64,000 nucleotides of DNA from Paracoccaceae bacterium (GCA_965183835.1 CBCYME010000010.1:188102-252101), one strand, 5' to 3'. Shown: positions 1 to 9,814, numbered from the stretch's first letter. Notes: generated by a model not told the origin, from the letters alone. A program made the numbers and translations.

Positions 1-954
1 GTTGAACATGTTTTGGCCACGCAGACGCTGATCCAGAAAAAATCCAAAAACATGAAGGTGGAGATCACCGGCAAACTGATGCCCGGTGTGACCGCCAAAG
101 ACATCACGATGGCCGTTATCGGTGAAACCGGCACCGGCGGCGGCACCGGCTATGTCATCGAATACTGTGGCCAAGCGATTCGCGATCTGACCATGGAAGG
201 GCGCATGACCGTCTGTAACATGGCCATCGAAGGCGGCGCGCGCGCTGGCCTGATCGCGCCAGACCAGACCACATACGACTACGTCAACGGTCGCCCGCAC
301 GCCCCCAAAGGTGCCCAGTGGGAAGCCGCTCTGACGTGGTGGAAAACGCTCTTCACCGACGAAGGCGCGCATTTCGACAAAGTTGTCACGCTGAAAGGCG
401 AAGACATTCAGCCCGTCGTCACATGGGGCACCTCGCCCGAGGACGTTCTGCCCATCACCGGTGTTGTGCCCAACCCCGAAGATTTTGAGGGCGGTAAAGT
501 CGAAGCGGCCCGTCGCTCGATCGAATACATGGGCCTGACCCCCGGTCAGAAATTGACCGACATCGAAATCGACACTGTGTTCATCGGTTCCTGCACCAAT
601 GGCCGTATCGAAGATTTCCGCGCCGTGGCCGAAGTGGTCAAAGGCAAGAAAATCAAAGACGGTATGCGCGCCATGATCGTTCCGGGTTCGGGCCTTGTTC
701 GTCTGCAAGCCGAAGAAGAAGGTCTGGCCGATATCTTCCGCGAGGCTGGTTTCGAATGGCGCCTGGCAGGGTGTTCGATGTGCCTGGCGATGAACCCCGA
801 CCAGTTGTCCGAAGGCGAGCGTTGCGCCGCAACTTCGAACCGCAACTTTGAAGGTCGTCAGGGCTACAAAGGCCGCACGCATCTGGTCAGCCCTGCAATG
901 GCTGCCGCAGCGGCACTTACAGGAAAGCTGACAGACATCCGTGAAATGATGTAA
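1..954 (+). CDS. leuC: 3-isopropylmalate dehydratase large subunit, C-terminal part (5' end outside the window)
   Basis: Frame 1 is open from base 1 (VEHVLATQT...) to the stop at 952-954. Aconitase-type motifs are present ([37 protein letters not shown]). leuD and leuB lie downstream. Confidence 0.95.
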   Translation, partial: VEHVLATQTLIQKKSKNMKVEITGKLMPGVTAKDITMAVIGETGTGGGTGYVIEYCGQAIRDLTMEGRMTVCNMAIEGGARAGLIAPDQTTYDYVNGRPHAPKGAQWEAALTWWKTLFTDEGAHFDKVVTLKGEDIQPVVTWGTSPEDVLPITGVVPNPEDFEGGKVEAARRSIEYMGLTPGQKLTDIEIDTVFIGSCTNGRIEDFRAVAEVVKGKKIKDGMRAMIVPGSGLVRLQAEEEGLADIFREAGFEWRLAGCSMCLAMNPDQLSEGERCAATSNRNFEGRQGYKGRTHLVSPAMAAAAALTGKLTDIREMM

Positions 955-992
955 GCTCCTCTAAGAGTTGAATTCTTGAGAGGGACTAAGAA

Positions 993-1529
993 ATGAGTGA
1001 CTGGCTAAAACTGCTCCTACTGGGGCTTCTGTCCATTGTATTCGGTGTGTTCGTACTGGGCGCACCGGTCGTGGCCTCGATTGCGATCACCGCAACCGTC
1101 GGCATTCTGCTGCTGATCAGCGGTGGTTTGCAGGTCGTCGGCGGGTTCTCCGTCGAAGGCACAGGCAACAAGATCCTGTCCATTCTGATGGGCGCAATCA
1201 TGTTGTTCCTGGGCTGGTCCTTCATTGCTCATCCGCTTCAGGGCACGATCTCGCTCGCCATGCTGGTGTTGATCCTGTTCCTGGCCGGTGGCATCGCACG
1301 GGTCTTTTTGTCGTTCCAGATGCGCGGCACTGCGTATTTCTGGCCGACACTGATCTCGGGCGTTCTGTCGATCCTTTTGGCCGGATATCTTTGGTCCAAC
1401 GCAACTGCGGAACTCGCCGCCAGCTTCTTGGGTCTGCTCTTGGGCATCGAGATGCTGTTCAACGGCTTTGGTCTGGTCTTCACGTCGCTGTTTTTCCGCA
1501 GCGCCGACAAAGGTAACGCAGCGGCCTAA
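993..1529 (+). CDS. HdeD/DUF308-family small multi-pass membrane protein
   Basis: 178-aa ORF with ATG at 993 preceded by GAGAGGGA. It has repeated hydrophobic segments with G-rich turns typical of DUF308. It sits between leuC and leuD. Confidence 0.7.
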   Translation: MSDWLKLLLLGLLSIVFGVFVLGAPVVASIAITATVGILLLISGGLQVVGGFSVEGTGNKILSILMGAIMLFLGWSFIAHPLQGTISLAMLVLILFLAGGIARVFLSFQMRGTAYFWPTLISGVLSILLAGYLWSNATAELAASFLGLLLGIEMLFNGFGLVFTSLFFRSADKGNAAA

Positions 1530-1578
1530 GGTTCGGGCCGGACGTCTAGTCCGACCCGCGGGGCCGCTGAAACGTCAT

Positions 1579-1640
1579 CGGGGGGTGCACATGTGGTGCA
1601 CGCCCGGTGCACGGATATCACCCCCCGCCCTGATGCGGGG
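1579..1640. repeat. Structured intergenic element: 3x GGTGCAC at 11-nt phasing inside a 9-bp G/C stem, plus an overlapping second hairpin
   Basis: GGTGCAC occurs at 1584-1590, 1595-1601 and 1606-1612. CGGGGGGTG (1579-1587) is the reverse complement of CACCCCCCG (1619-1627). CCCCGC (1623-1628) pairs with GCGGGG (1635-1640). Confidence 0.6.
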
Positions 1641-1680
1641 TACCCCCCACATCTAGTGGGTCGAAATTAGGAGTCTGGAA

Positions 1681-2286
1681 ATGGACAAATTCGAAAAACT
1701 CACCGGCATCGCCGCCCCGATGCCGCTGGTCAACATCGACACAGACATGATCATCCCCAAGGTGTTTCTGAAATCCATTCAGCGCACTGGCTTTGGTGTG
1801 AACCTGTTTGATGAAATGCGCTATACGCGTGATGGCGCTGAAATCGCTGACTTTGTGCTCAACAAACCACAGTATCGCAGCACCGAAATTCTGGTCGCGG
1901 GCGACAACTTCGGCTGTGGTTCGTCGCGTGAGCACGCGCCGTGGGCGATTGCAGATTTCGGCATCAAATGCGTGATCTCTACCAGCTTTGCCGACATCTT
2001 CTTTAACAACTGCTTCAAGAACGGCATCCTGCCCATCGTCCTGCCCCAAGAACAGGTCGACGTCTTGATGGCTGACGCCGAAAAGGGTGAAAACGCCCGC
2101 ATGACCGTGGATCTGGAAGCACAGGAAATCACCACCTCGGACGGCGATGTGATCGCGTTCGAAGTCGACTCATTCAAAAAGCACTGCCTTCTCGAAGGGT
2201 TGGACGATATCGGCCTGACCATGGAGAAAGCTGCAGCAATCGATACCTTTGAAGCAGCCGCAGCTCAGGCGCGTCCTTGGGTCTGA
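1681..2286 (+). CDS. leuD: 3-isopropylmalate dehydratase small subunit
   Basis: 201-aa ORF with AGGAG 8 nt upstream of the ATG. LeuD motifs are present ([35 protein letters not shown]). Confidence 0.95.
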   Translation: MDKFEKLTGIAAPMPLVNIDTDMIIPKVFLKSIQRTGFGVNLFDEMRYTRDGAEIADFVLNKPQYRSTEILVAGDNFGCGSSREHAPWAIADFGIKCVISTSFADIFFNNCFKNGILPIVLPQEQVDVLMADAEKGENARMTVDLEAQEITTSDGDVIAFEVDSFKKHCLLEGLDDIGLTMEKAAAIDTFEAAAAQARPWV

Positions 2287-2320
2287 GCCCGATCTGCATC
2301 AAATGACGATTCTAACCGTT

Positions 2321-2344
2321 GGGGCCCCGCAATTGCGGGGCCCC
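2321..2344 (+). terminator. Perfect 10-bp GC hairpin after leuD (probable terminator)
   Basis: GGGGCCCCGC-AATT-GCGGGGCCCC, 35 nt after the leuD stop, followed by AATAGGTTTT. Confidence 0.55.
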
Positions 2345-2619
2345 AATAGGTTTTAGAGCCCTGCGCAAGCTCCACCACAAGATGTGGTAACGCCCCACAC
2401 CTCCGCCCCAAACATGCGCCCAAATTGATGCAAACCCGCACCACTCCCGCCACATTCTCGCCTAGAATCAGGTATTTCGTAGGTCCGCGACTTGAGTGAG
2501 TGACGAAACAGCGGCACAAATGGGGCCAAAATGAGGCACTCCAGCCAGAATTGGTTGGGATCAAGTTGGAACAAAGGCTCGGCAAAGCATCGGCCTGTCC
2601 AGTTTGAAGGGATCGGACA

Positions 2620-3453
2620 GTGATTGCACGCATCACAGGCGCGGCATTGCGCGGATTTTTAGTGGCCATGATGGTCGCGACTCCGGCGCTTTACTTACCG
2701 CGGATCACAACTGAGTCGACCGAAATCGTAGCTTTGCTTGCGATCTTGGGGTTTGTGCTGACCTTTGCGGAATACAACTCGACCTTTCCAAGCTTTATCG
2801 AATTTCGGGATGCTCCCCCTTTGAATCGGTTGCGGTTTCTGGCTCTGCTGACAATGGTCACTTTGCTAACCTTGATCTGTAAACATAAGTTTGAGCCAAC
2901 AAACGTTACCGCGTTGTTCGCGGGGCTTGGCACGCTGTTTGCCCATATCATGGACATCCCGTATTCGCCGGTCCGTCTTGTCGTATTAATGCTGCCGGAT
3001 CAGGCGACGCTGGACACAATCAATGGCGTACGCGTAGCCGCCAGTATTTCTTATGTTGTTGCGCTTTGTACGGTTGCCGCCTTTTTCTTTGCGGTTCGGG
3101 TGCAAGGCTGGCCAACCGGAAATGGGGCTTTCAACGTCTGGATCAACCTGCCTTTGTTTGACCCAACCACGGGTGGGGACGTGGTGACACGGCTTCAGCG
3201 CGATGGGCGTATCAACGTGGCTTTGGGGTTCTTGTTACCCTTTGTAATCCCGGCGCTGGTCAAAGCGACTTCCGACCTGATTAACCCGGTCAGCCTGAAC
3301 GATCCACAAACTCTGATCTGGACGATGAGCGCCTGGGCCTTTCTACCGGCAAGCATGATCATGCGCGGTATGGCGATGTTACGCATAGCTGAGCTGATCG
3401 AAGAAAAGCGCCGCCGCGCTTATGCCAACGCCGAGGCCATGCAAACCGCATGA
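2620..3453 (+). CDS. Hypothetical multi-pass membrane protein
   Basis: 277-aa ORF with a GTG start; an alternative ATG lies at 2668. It has several hydrophobic helices and a charged C-terminal tail (EEKRRRAYANAEA). Its stop overlaps the next gene's start (ATGA at 3450-3453). Confidence 0.6.
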   Translation: MIARITGAALRGFLVAMMVATPALYLPRITTESTEIVALLAILGFVLTFAEYNSTFPSFIEFRDAPPLNRLRFLALLTMVTLLTLICKHKFEPTNVTALFAGLGTLFAHIMDIPYSPVRLVVLMLPDQATLDTINGVRVAASISYVVALCTVAAFFFAVRVQGWPTGNGAFNVWINLPLFDPTTGGDVVTRLQRDGRINVALGFLLPFVIPALVKATSDLINPVSLNDPQTLIWTMSAWAFLPASMIMRGMAMLRIAELIEEKRRRAYANAEAMQTA

Positions 3454-4523
3454 TGCGATGGCTCATCCTGCTTCTGCTGCCCTGTGTAGCGGCGGCCGGA
3501 CCGGACACGATACGTGTCGCGACTTTTAACACCGAACTGCAAAGAGACGGCCCCGGCTTGATGTTGCGGGATATCCGTCGCGACAAAGACCCGCAAATCG
3601 CTGCGGTGGTTGAGGTCATTCGCCAAACCGCCCCTGATGTGTTGGCCCTACAGGGGATCGATTGGGATTATGAAAACCAAGGGCTGAGTGCCTTGGTTGA
3701 GCGGATCGAAAGCACAGGTCTGATTTACCCCTATCGCTTGGCACTGCGCCCTAACAGTGGCATGGCCAGTCAGTTCGACCTTGATGGGGATAGTCGGCGC
3801 GGTGGCCCCGGAGATTCGCAAGGCTATGGTGCGTTTTCCGGCCAAGGCGGGCTTGCGGTGCTGTCACGGTACCCGGTAATCGCAGAAGAGGTGCGCGATC
3901 TGTCCCCTCTTTTGTGGCAGGACTTGCCCGGCGCGGTTTTACCTACACACCGTGGGGCACCCTTTCCATCCGCTCGGGCACAGGCCGCACAAAGGTTATC
4001 ATCGACCGCGCATTGGGTTGTTCCCATCGAATTGCCGACTGGCCCGATGCATCTGATGACGTTTCAAGCCGCCCCCCCGGTTTTTGACGGCCCCGAAGAC
4101 CGAAACGGTCTGCGCAATCGGGATGAAATCCGTCTGTGGCGGGTCTTGATGGATGGGAAACTAGGCCCCACCCCCAGCAAACGTTTCGTTATCGCGGGTG
4201 GGGCCAATTTGGACCCATGGGACAGCGATGGACGATCTGAGACAATTCGATCCCTGCTTGCTGATCCGCGCCTGCAGGACCCAACCCCGCAAAGCGCTGG
4301 CGCGGCCCAAGCCACCGACCAAGGGCACAAAACCCCAAATGCGCTGGATACAGTGGATTGGGAACGCGCAGGGCGGTTGCGCGTCGACTATATCCTGCCG
4401 TCGTCAGATTGGACTATCGCGGACAGTGGGGTGTTTTGGCCCTCACCGGGCGACCCAAACCATGACCTAGCCTTACAAGCGAGCCGGCATCGTTTGGTTT
4501 GGGTGGATCTGCGTCTGGACTAG
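3450..4523 (+). CDS. Secreted endonuclease/exonuclease/phosphatase (EEP) family protein
   Basis: 357-aa ORF with an N-terminal signal peptide (MMRWLILLLLPCVAAAGP). EEP-like features are VATFNTEL near the N-terminus and RVDYILPS...HRLVWVDL near the C-terminus. Confidence 0.8.
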   Translation: MMRWLILLLLPCVAAAGPDTIRVATFNTELQRDGPGLMLRDIRRDKDPQIAAVVEVIRQTAPDVLALQGIDWDYENQGLSALVERIESTGLIYPYRLALRPNSGMASQFDLDGDSRRGGPGDSQGYGAFSGQGGLAVLSRYPVIAEEVRDLSPLLWQDLPGAVLPTHRGAPFPSARAQAAQRLSSTAHWVVPIELPTGPMHLMTFQAAPPVFDGPEDRNGLRNRDEIRLWRVLMDGKLGPTPSKRFVIAGGANLDPWDSDGRSETIRSLLADPRLQDPTPQSAGAAQATDQGHKTPNALDTVDWERAGRLRVDYILPSSDWTIADSGVFWPSPGDPNHDLALQASRHRLVWVDLRLD

Positions 4524-5381
4524 ATCAGCCGGAATCGCCGCCGCCAGCGCCGTCTCCAAAGGTGTGGCCCGGAAATCTGGCAACAGATCTGCCATCATCG
4601 TTCCATCCAGAGAATGAGGCGTATCCCAGAGATATCGCATTTCCAACAGGCACTTTGCCAATGGCCAGAACGGGCGCGCCACTTGCAGGGGCAGCCAGCT
4701 CATCTTTTTTGTCCGGATTTCTTTTCCCAGAACGTCAGACAATCCTTGGGCCATCTGCTCACCGCTCAACGTGAAGCCCGCAAAAGGGATGTCCGCGTAC
4801 CGGGGCAATTCATGTCGCATCTCCGCCAGCTCAACTGCAGCCCGACACAGATCAGGCAGATACGCCCAAGCATGTGGAATCTGCGGATTTCCGGGGTAGG
4901 TCAATCGCCCTTTGGACAGGTGCTTGGTCAGGATCTGGTCAAACCAATTTCCGGACGCTTCGGTATCGATAAAATCCCCGGCGCGCAGTACGATGGTGCG
5001 CACGGTTGAGGCCTTATAGGCCTCCTCCATATCCATTCGGGTTTGCCCCAAAGGGTTCGTCGCCAGATGCGGTGTGGCTGCGGACCACGGCAGCGGCGCC
5101 TGTGGTCCAAAGACATAGACATTGCCGGGAATAATCACCGTTGCCTTGCTCAGTTCGGCTGCTTCGATCACTTGGGCATGCAACTGCGGCACCTGTTTCG
5201 CCCAGTCCGGGTAAAGCGGGTTCCACGCGTTGACGATCACATCTGCGCCCTGCGCGGCGGTGTTCAATTGATCCCGTGCCCGGTCAAATACCCGCACATG
5301 CCAACCCGCTGCGCGAAACTGCTGGGCGGCATTGCGCCCAAAGCGGCCAGAGGCCCCGAGGATAAGAACGGTTTGTGTCAT
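4473..5381 (-). CDS. NAD(P)-binding epimerase/NmrA-like SDR-superfamily protein
   Basis: 302-aa ORF with an N-terminal Rossmann motif (ILGASGRFG). It is divergent from a LysR regulator. Its 3' end overlaps the EEP gene by 51 nt. Confidence 0.8.
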   Translation of the reverse strand: MTQTVLILGASGRFGRNAAQQFRAAGWHVRVFDRARDQLNTAAQGADVIVNAWNPLYPDWAKQVPQLHAQVIEAAELSKATVIIPGNVYVFGPQAPLPWSAATPHLATNPLGQTRMDMEEAYKASTVRTIVLRAGDFIDTEASGNWFDQILTKHLSKGRLTYPGNPQIPHAWAYLPDLCRAAVELAEMRHELPRYADIPFAGFTLSGEQMAQGLSDVLGKEIRTKKMSWLPLQVARPFWPLAKCLLEMRYLWDTPHSLDGTMMADLLPDFRATPLETALAAAIPADLVQTQIHPNQTMPARL

Positions 5382-5472
5382 GGGAAATGCTCCTGTTCTG
5401 ATGCCTCCATCCTATCCATTCAGAAATGACATATAAATTGCACGAAACCGCAGATCATGTATTCATAAATGA

Positions 5473-6369
5473 ATGGAGAAATCGCTTACCCTATCTGACT
5501 GGTCCCTGATCCAAAGCTTTCTGGCTGTTGCGGAAACCGGGTCGCTCAGCGCCGCCGGACGGCAGTTGCAGCGCAGCCAACCCACCCTTGGGCGACAGAT
5601 CCAAGCCCTAGAGGACACGCTTGGTGTGTCCTTGTTTGATCGCCACGCCCGGGGGTTCCAGCTGAGCGATACCGGCGCACGCCTTTTGCCGATGGCGCGA
5701 CAAATGCGGGACGCGATGAGCGCACTGACCTTGACCGCCGCCGGGCAGTCCCAACAATTGGATGGGACCGTGCGATTGACGGCATCGGTTTTTGCATCTC
5801 ACCACGTTCTGCCACCCATCCTTGCCCAAATTCGGACTGCAGAGCCAACCATTCAATTGGAATTGGTGCCAACGGATTCATCAGAAAATCTGCTGTTCCG
5901 CGAGGCTGATATTGCGGTTCGCATGTATCGCCCCACGCAGGTCGACATCGTTGCCCGACATGTCGGCACGATCGAGCTGGGCGCCTATGCGGCACGGTCC
6001 TATCTGGATCGCGCAGGCACGCCAAAAAAGATGGAGGATATTTTTGAACATGACATTGTGGGCTATGACAAAAGCGATCTGATCATCACCACGATGCGCG
6101 ACATGGGCTGGCCCGCCAGCCGAGAGAACTTTCCGGTTCGATGCGATAACCAAACGGCCTATTGGCAACTCGTTCGGGCGGGATGTGGAATTGGCTTTTG
6201 TCAAAAAGCAGTGGCCCGCGCAGATCCTGCGGTTCAGGCTTTGGAATTTGACTTTCAAATCCCATCGCTCGAGGTCTGGCTGGCAGCGCCCCAAGCGATG
6301 CGACAGACCCCACGCATTCGCAGGGTCTGGGATTTGCTAGCGGACGGGTTAACCCAAGCCGATCTTTAG
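5473..6369 (+). CDS. LysR family transcriptional regulator
   Basis: 298-aa ORF with an N-terminal wHTH (FLAVAETGSLSAAGRQLQRSQPTLGRQIQALE) and a LysR substrate-binding domain. The divergent arrangement with the SDR gene is typical. Confidence 0.9.
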   Translation: MEKSLTLSDWSLIQSFLAVAETGSLSAAGRQLQRSQPTLGRQIQALEDTLGVSLFDRHARGFQLSDTGARLLPMARQMRDAMSALTLTAAGQSQQLDGTVRLTASVFASHHVLPPILAQIRTAEPTIQLELVPTDSSENLLFREADIAVRMYRPTQVDIVARHVGTIELGAYAARSYLDRAGTPKKMEDIFEHDIVGYDKSDLIITTMRDMGWPASRENFPVRCDNQTAYWQLVRAGCGIGFCQKAVARADPAVQALEFDFQIPSLEVWLAAPQAMRQTPRIRRVWDLLADGLTQADL

Positions 6370-6904
6370 TCAGGCAGGTCGCCGGTATAGGTTCCGCGCG
6401 GGGGATAGTTGTTCGCAAGCGCCCACTTGATGCCCCCAACATGTCAGCAGATGACGGGCGCGCGAACGGTGTGGTTTGCAACCAGCCAAAGTACAGCGTG
6501 TCGTCAGGCGCGATATAGAAATGCCCCGGTTCCGCAAACAGATCCGCCTCGGCCGATCCTTCGCGTTTGGACGAAATATAAAGCCCCCAATCGTCGCGCG
6601 CGCGTTTCAAAGACAGGCTATGGCCCACGCGCAAACGAGACGTACCCGATTTCTCGACCGTTTCCGCCGCGCGCTCCTCGGTATCGGTGCTCAGCATGAT
6701 GACTTCGATGCCCTGTTCGGCAAAGTCATCCAGTGCTGCTTCGACCTCGCCCATTTGGCGGATGCAGATCGGGCAGTGCAGCCCGCGATAGACGATCACC
6801 AGTGTGCCGTTTTCCCCGTGATCCCGGCTGAGATCAAAGCCCCCGTGCCCCAAAGTGTCGAGTGTTAGCGCAGGAACTGGGTTTCCTGGTATCAGCATGG
6901 TCAT
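6366..6904 (-). CDS. Peroxiredoxin-like (AhpC/TSA/redoxin family) protein with an apparent frameshift near 6433-6443
   Basis: The N-terminal ~157 aa form a thioredoxin-fold redoxin (VIVYRGLHCPICIRQM). The annotated ORF frame then runs 284 nt into the convergent LysR gene, down to 6086. An alternative frame reads ...GIKWALANNYPPRGTYTGDLPD* and stops at 6366-6368. Confidence 0.65.
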
Positions 6905-6991
6905 TTCCCTTGTGTTTGGCGGGATCGTCTCATTGACCCCTCAGGCCGCACACGCTAGGCCGATTGCGACAAAACGCAAGGAGAGCCCCCG

Positions 6992-8095
6992 ATGTCCAAC
7001 CCTTCGCTCCTCATCCTTCCTGGTGACGGAATTGGCCCTGAAGTTATGGCCGAAGTGCGCAAAATCATTACTTGGTTTGGCGATAACCGCGGTCTTCACT
7101 TTGACGTGAGCGAGGACCTGGTCGGTGGTGCCGCCTACGACAAGCACGGTGTTCCGCTGGCGGACGAAACCATGGCCAAAGCGCAAGAGGTCGATGCCGT
7201 CCTGTTGGGCGCTGTTGGTGGCCCTGCTTATGACGATCTGGATTTCAGCGTCAAACCCGAGCGCGGCCTGCTGCGCCTGCGCAAGGAAATGGATCTGTTT
7301 TCCAACCTGCGCCCCGCGCAGTGCTTTGACGCGCTGGCGGATTTCTCGTCGCTGAAGAAAGATATCGTTGCCGGTCTGGATATCATGATCGTGCGCGAAT
7401 TAACCTCGGGCGTTTATTTTGGCGAACCTCGTGGCATCTTTGAAGAAGGCAACGAGCGCGTCGGCATCAACACCCAGCGTTACACCGAATCCGAAATCGA
7501 ACGCGCGGCCCGCTCGGCGTTTGAACTGGCGATGCGTCGGGGCAAAAAGGTCTGCTCGATGGAGAAGGCCAACGTGATGGAATCCGGTATCCTGTGGCGC
7601 GAAGTGGCCACACGTGTTGGCAAAGAGTACCCAGAGGTCGAGCTGAGCCACATGTATGCCGACAACGGCGCCATGCAGCTGGTCCGCGCGCCCAAGCAGT
7701 TTGACGTCATCCTGACCGACAACCTGTTTGGCGACATCCTGTCCGACTGTGCCGCGATGTTGACCGGTTCGTTGGGCATGTTGCCCTCTGCAAGCCTGGG
7801 TGCGCCCATGGCGAACGGTCGTCCAAAGGCAATGTACGAACCCGTACACGGGTCTGCCCCAGACATCACCGGTCAGGGCAAAGCCAACCCAATCGCTTGC
7901 ATCCTGAGCTTTGCAATGGCGCTGCGCTATTCGTTTGACCAAGGCGACGAAGCGGCCCGTTTGGAAACCGCCATTGAGCAGGTTCTTTCCGGTGGTGCGC
8001 GCACCGCTGACCTGCTGGGCGAAGAGGGTGCAACACCCCTGTCGACCTCAGAAATGGGCGACACCATTGTCGCGGCCCTCGACAAGAGCCTGTAA
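6992..8095 (+). CDS. leuB: 3-isopropylmalate dehydrogenase
   Basis: 367-aa ORF with AAGGAG upstream. IMDH motifs are present ([26 protein letters not shown]). Confidence 0.95.
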   Translation: MSNPSLLILPGDGIGPEVMAEVRKIITWFGDNRGLHFDVSEDLVGGAAYDKHGVPLADETMAKAQEVDAVLLGAVGGPAYDDLDFSVKPERGLLRLRKEMDLFSNLRPAQCFDALADFSSLKKDIVAGLDIMIVRELTSGVYFGEPRGIFEEGNERVGINTQRYTESEIERAARSAFELAMRRGKKVCSMEKANVMESGILWREVATRVGKEYPEVELSHMYADNGAMQLVRAPKQFDVILTDNLFGDILSDCAAMLTGSLGMLPSASLGAPMANGRPKAMYEPVHGSAPDITGQGKANPIACILSFAMALRYSFDQGDEAARLETAIEQVLSGGARTADLLGEEGATPLSTSEMGDTIVAALDKSL

Positions 8096-8102
8096 CGATA
8101 TC

Positions 8103-8131
8103 CGCCCGCCGCAGGTTTCCTGTGGCGGGCG
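8103..8131. terminator. 13-bp GC-rich hairpin between convergent leuB and the Na/Pi transporter gene
   Basis: CGCCCGCCGCAGG-TTT-CCTGTGGCGGGCG with one G-T pair. It lies between the two stop codons (8095 and 8141). Confidence 0.55.
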
Positions 8132-8140
8132 CACCCAAGT

Positions 8141-9694
8141 CTATCCGTGTTCTACCCGTGCTTGATATGCCATGGATCGCGCGGCGTGGTACAGGCTACG
8201 ATCCAGCCACCGCATTGCGTCGGCGTGATGAAACACATCCTCGAGCGAATAGATCCCCGCATGTTCCCCTAACATGAGCGACCGGCGATGACGTTTGTAG
8301 CGATGCCCGACCAGCAGCGACAAACGCCCAAGCCGTTCGGTGTCGCCCCCTGCTTTCGCAGCTTCGCGCAGGGCAGCCCCAGCAACACGCGCCGGACGCC
8401 TCAGAATGCGATCCTCTAACAGCGGGGCGATGTTCCCGCGTTGCTGACATCTTTCGTACAGCCGCAACATATGATCCGTCTGATGGACGAGGGCGGCAAA
8501 CGCCTCTTCCTGACCACTGTGGTCCCCGGTGAGACGGATATCGGCCAAAAACTCTTTGAGCTCGGCGATCGCCTCGGCACAGACCCCAAGGGCAGCCAAG
8601 CCACGCAGATCTGACCGATCCTGCAACCCGGCGCCCAAAGCCCCAAACAAACGCTGTGCAATCACATTGGCCGCCACCTGTGCCGCCAACAGGGCCGATC
8701 CCGGGTCCTTTAACAGGTTGCGATCCAATGAGATGAGCGAGCCCGGTTTGCGTTCCGGCATCACCCGCTGAACCAGCCGCGCAAATTGCGACGTAAACGG
8801 CAAGAAGATCAGCGTTCCGACCAGATTGAACCCGGTATGAAACACCAACAGCGCAGTCATTTCCCCAGCCGTTTCAGCAATATGCGTCAGAAAGGTGCGG
8901 CCAACCACAAGCAGTGGAAACGCCAGAATAGAGGTGATGATATTGAACCCCAGATTGGCAACAGCCGTCTGTCGCATCGGCTGAGAGCCACTGAGCGCGG
9001 CAAGCAGAGCTGTGAAGGTGGTACCGATATTCATCCCCAGCACGATCATCGCCGCCTGCACCAACGAAATCGCGCCCCCCTCTAGCAACACCAGCGCCAA
9101 CGCCATGGCCGCGCTTGAGGATTGCATCAGCGCGGTCAGCAGAACCCCAATCCCGACCAGTGCAAACAACCCCACCAGATTGGCACCCGGCAGCATGTCC
9201 GGCGTCAGAACATCAGTCAGATCTTTCATCCCGAACTGCATAAGCTCCAAACCGATCAAGAGCAGACACAAGCCCGAGAATATGCGACCGATCCGCGCCC
9301 AGATCCCACGCCCCAGCAGATCGGCAAGCGCTGCCGGGAACAGCAAGGCCATGGCCAGATTGCCCAGCTGCAGCTTGAACCCCAGCAACGAAACCATCCA
9401 GCCCGTTGCCGTTGTTCCGATATTGGCCCCGTAAAGAATGCCCAAAGCTTGCGGCATGGTCATCAACCCCGCGCCGACAAACCCCACGGTCATGACCGTT
9501 GTTGCGCTAGAGGATTGGATCACCGCCGTTGTGACCGCCCCGGTGGCCACCCCGCGCAAGGGGGTGGTGGTAAAACGCGCCAGCAATTTGCGCAAATTGT
9601 CACCGGCGGCATCGCGGAGCGCATTGGTCATGATCTCCATGCCCACAAGGAACATTCCAACGCCACCAATCAGGAAATAGAGTTCTTCTGCCAT
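8141..9694 (-). CDS. Na/Pi cotransporter family protein with a PhoU-like C-terminal domain
   Basis: The ORF extends to 9724, but ATG 9694 is preceded by GGAGG (complement of 9701-9705) and gives MAEELYFLIGGVGMFLVGMEIM. Duplicated Na/Pi-cotransporter repeats are present (QSSSAT..., GANIGTT / GMNIGTT). Confidence 0.85.
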   Translation of the reverse strand: MAEELYFLIGGVGMFLVGMEIMTNALRDAAGDNLRKLLARFTTTPLRGVATGAVTTAVIQSSSATTVMTVGFVGAGLMTMPQALGILYGANIGTTATGWMVSLLGFKLQLGNLAMALLFPAALADLLGRGIWARIGRIFSGLCLLLIGLELMQFGMKDLTDVLTPDMLPGANLVGLFALVGIGVLLTALMQSSSAAMALALVLLEGGAISLVQAAMIVLGMNIGTTFTALLAALSGSQPMRQTAVANLGFNIITSILAFPLLVVGRTFLTHIAETAGEMTALLVFHTGFNLVGTLIFLPFTSQFARLVQRVMPERKPGSLISLDRNLLKDPGSALLAAQVAANVIAQRLFGALGAGLQDRSDLRGLAALGVCAEAIAELKEFLADIRLTGDHSGQEEAFAALVHQTDHMLRLYERCQQRGNIAPLLEDRILRRPARVAGAALREAAKAGGDTERLGRLSLLVGHRYKRHRRSLMLGEHAGIYSLEDVFHHADAMRWLDRSLYHAARSMAYQARVEHG

Positions 9695-9814
9695 CACAAA
9701 CCTCCATACACCCAAACACGTCACCCCGCAGCCAAGTGCAAGTCAAAATGATCACCAAAAGAGCGCATACCCTATTGCAAGTCATCCAGCCCAAGTATAG
9801 TCCCCGCGCACGGT

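Noticed and set aside
1468-1656. 62-aa ORF spanning the leuC-X/leuD intergenic hairpin region
   Set aside because: It is Arg/Pro-rich, has no SD and is built from the palindromic repeat element itself.
6086-6365. 3' extension of the redoxin ORF (the 272-aa version) overlapping the LysR gene
   Set aside because: The tail is low-complexity and lies entirely antisense to a well-supported LysR gene. An alternative frame gives a normal-length protein that ends at the LysR stop. It is better explained as readthrough after a frameshift.
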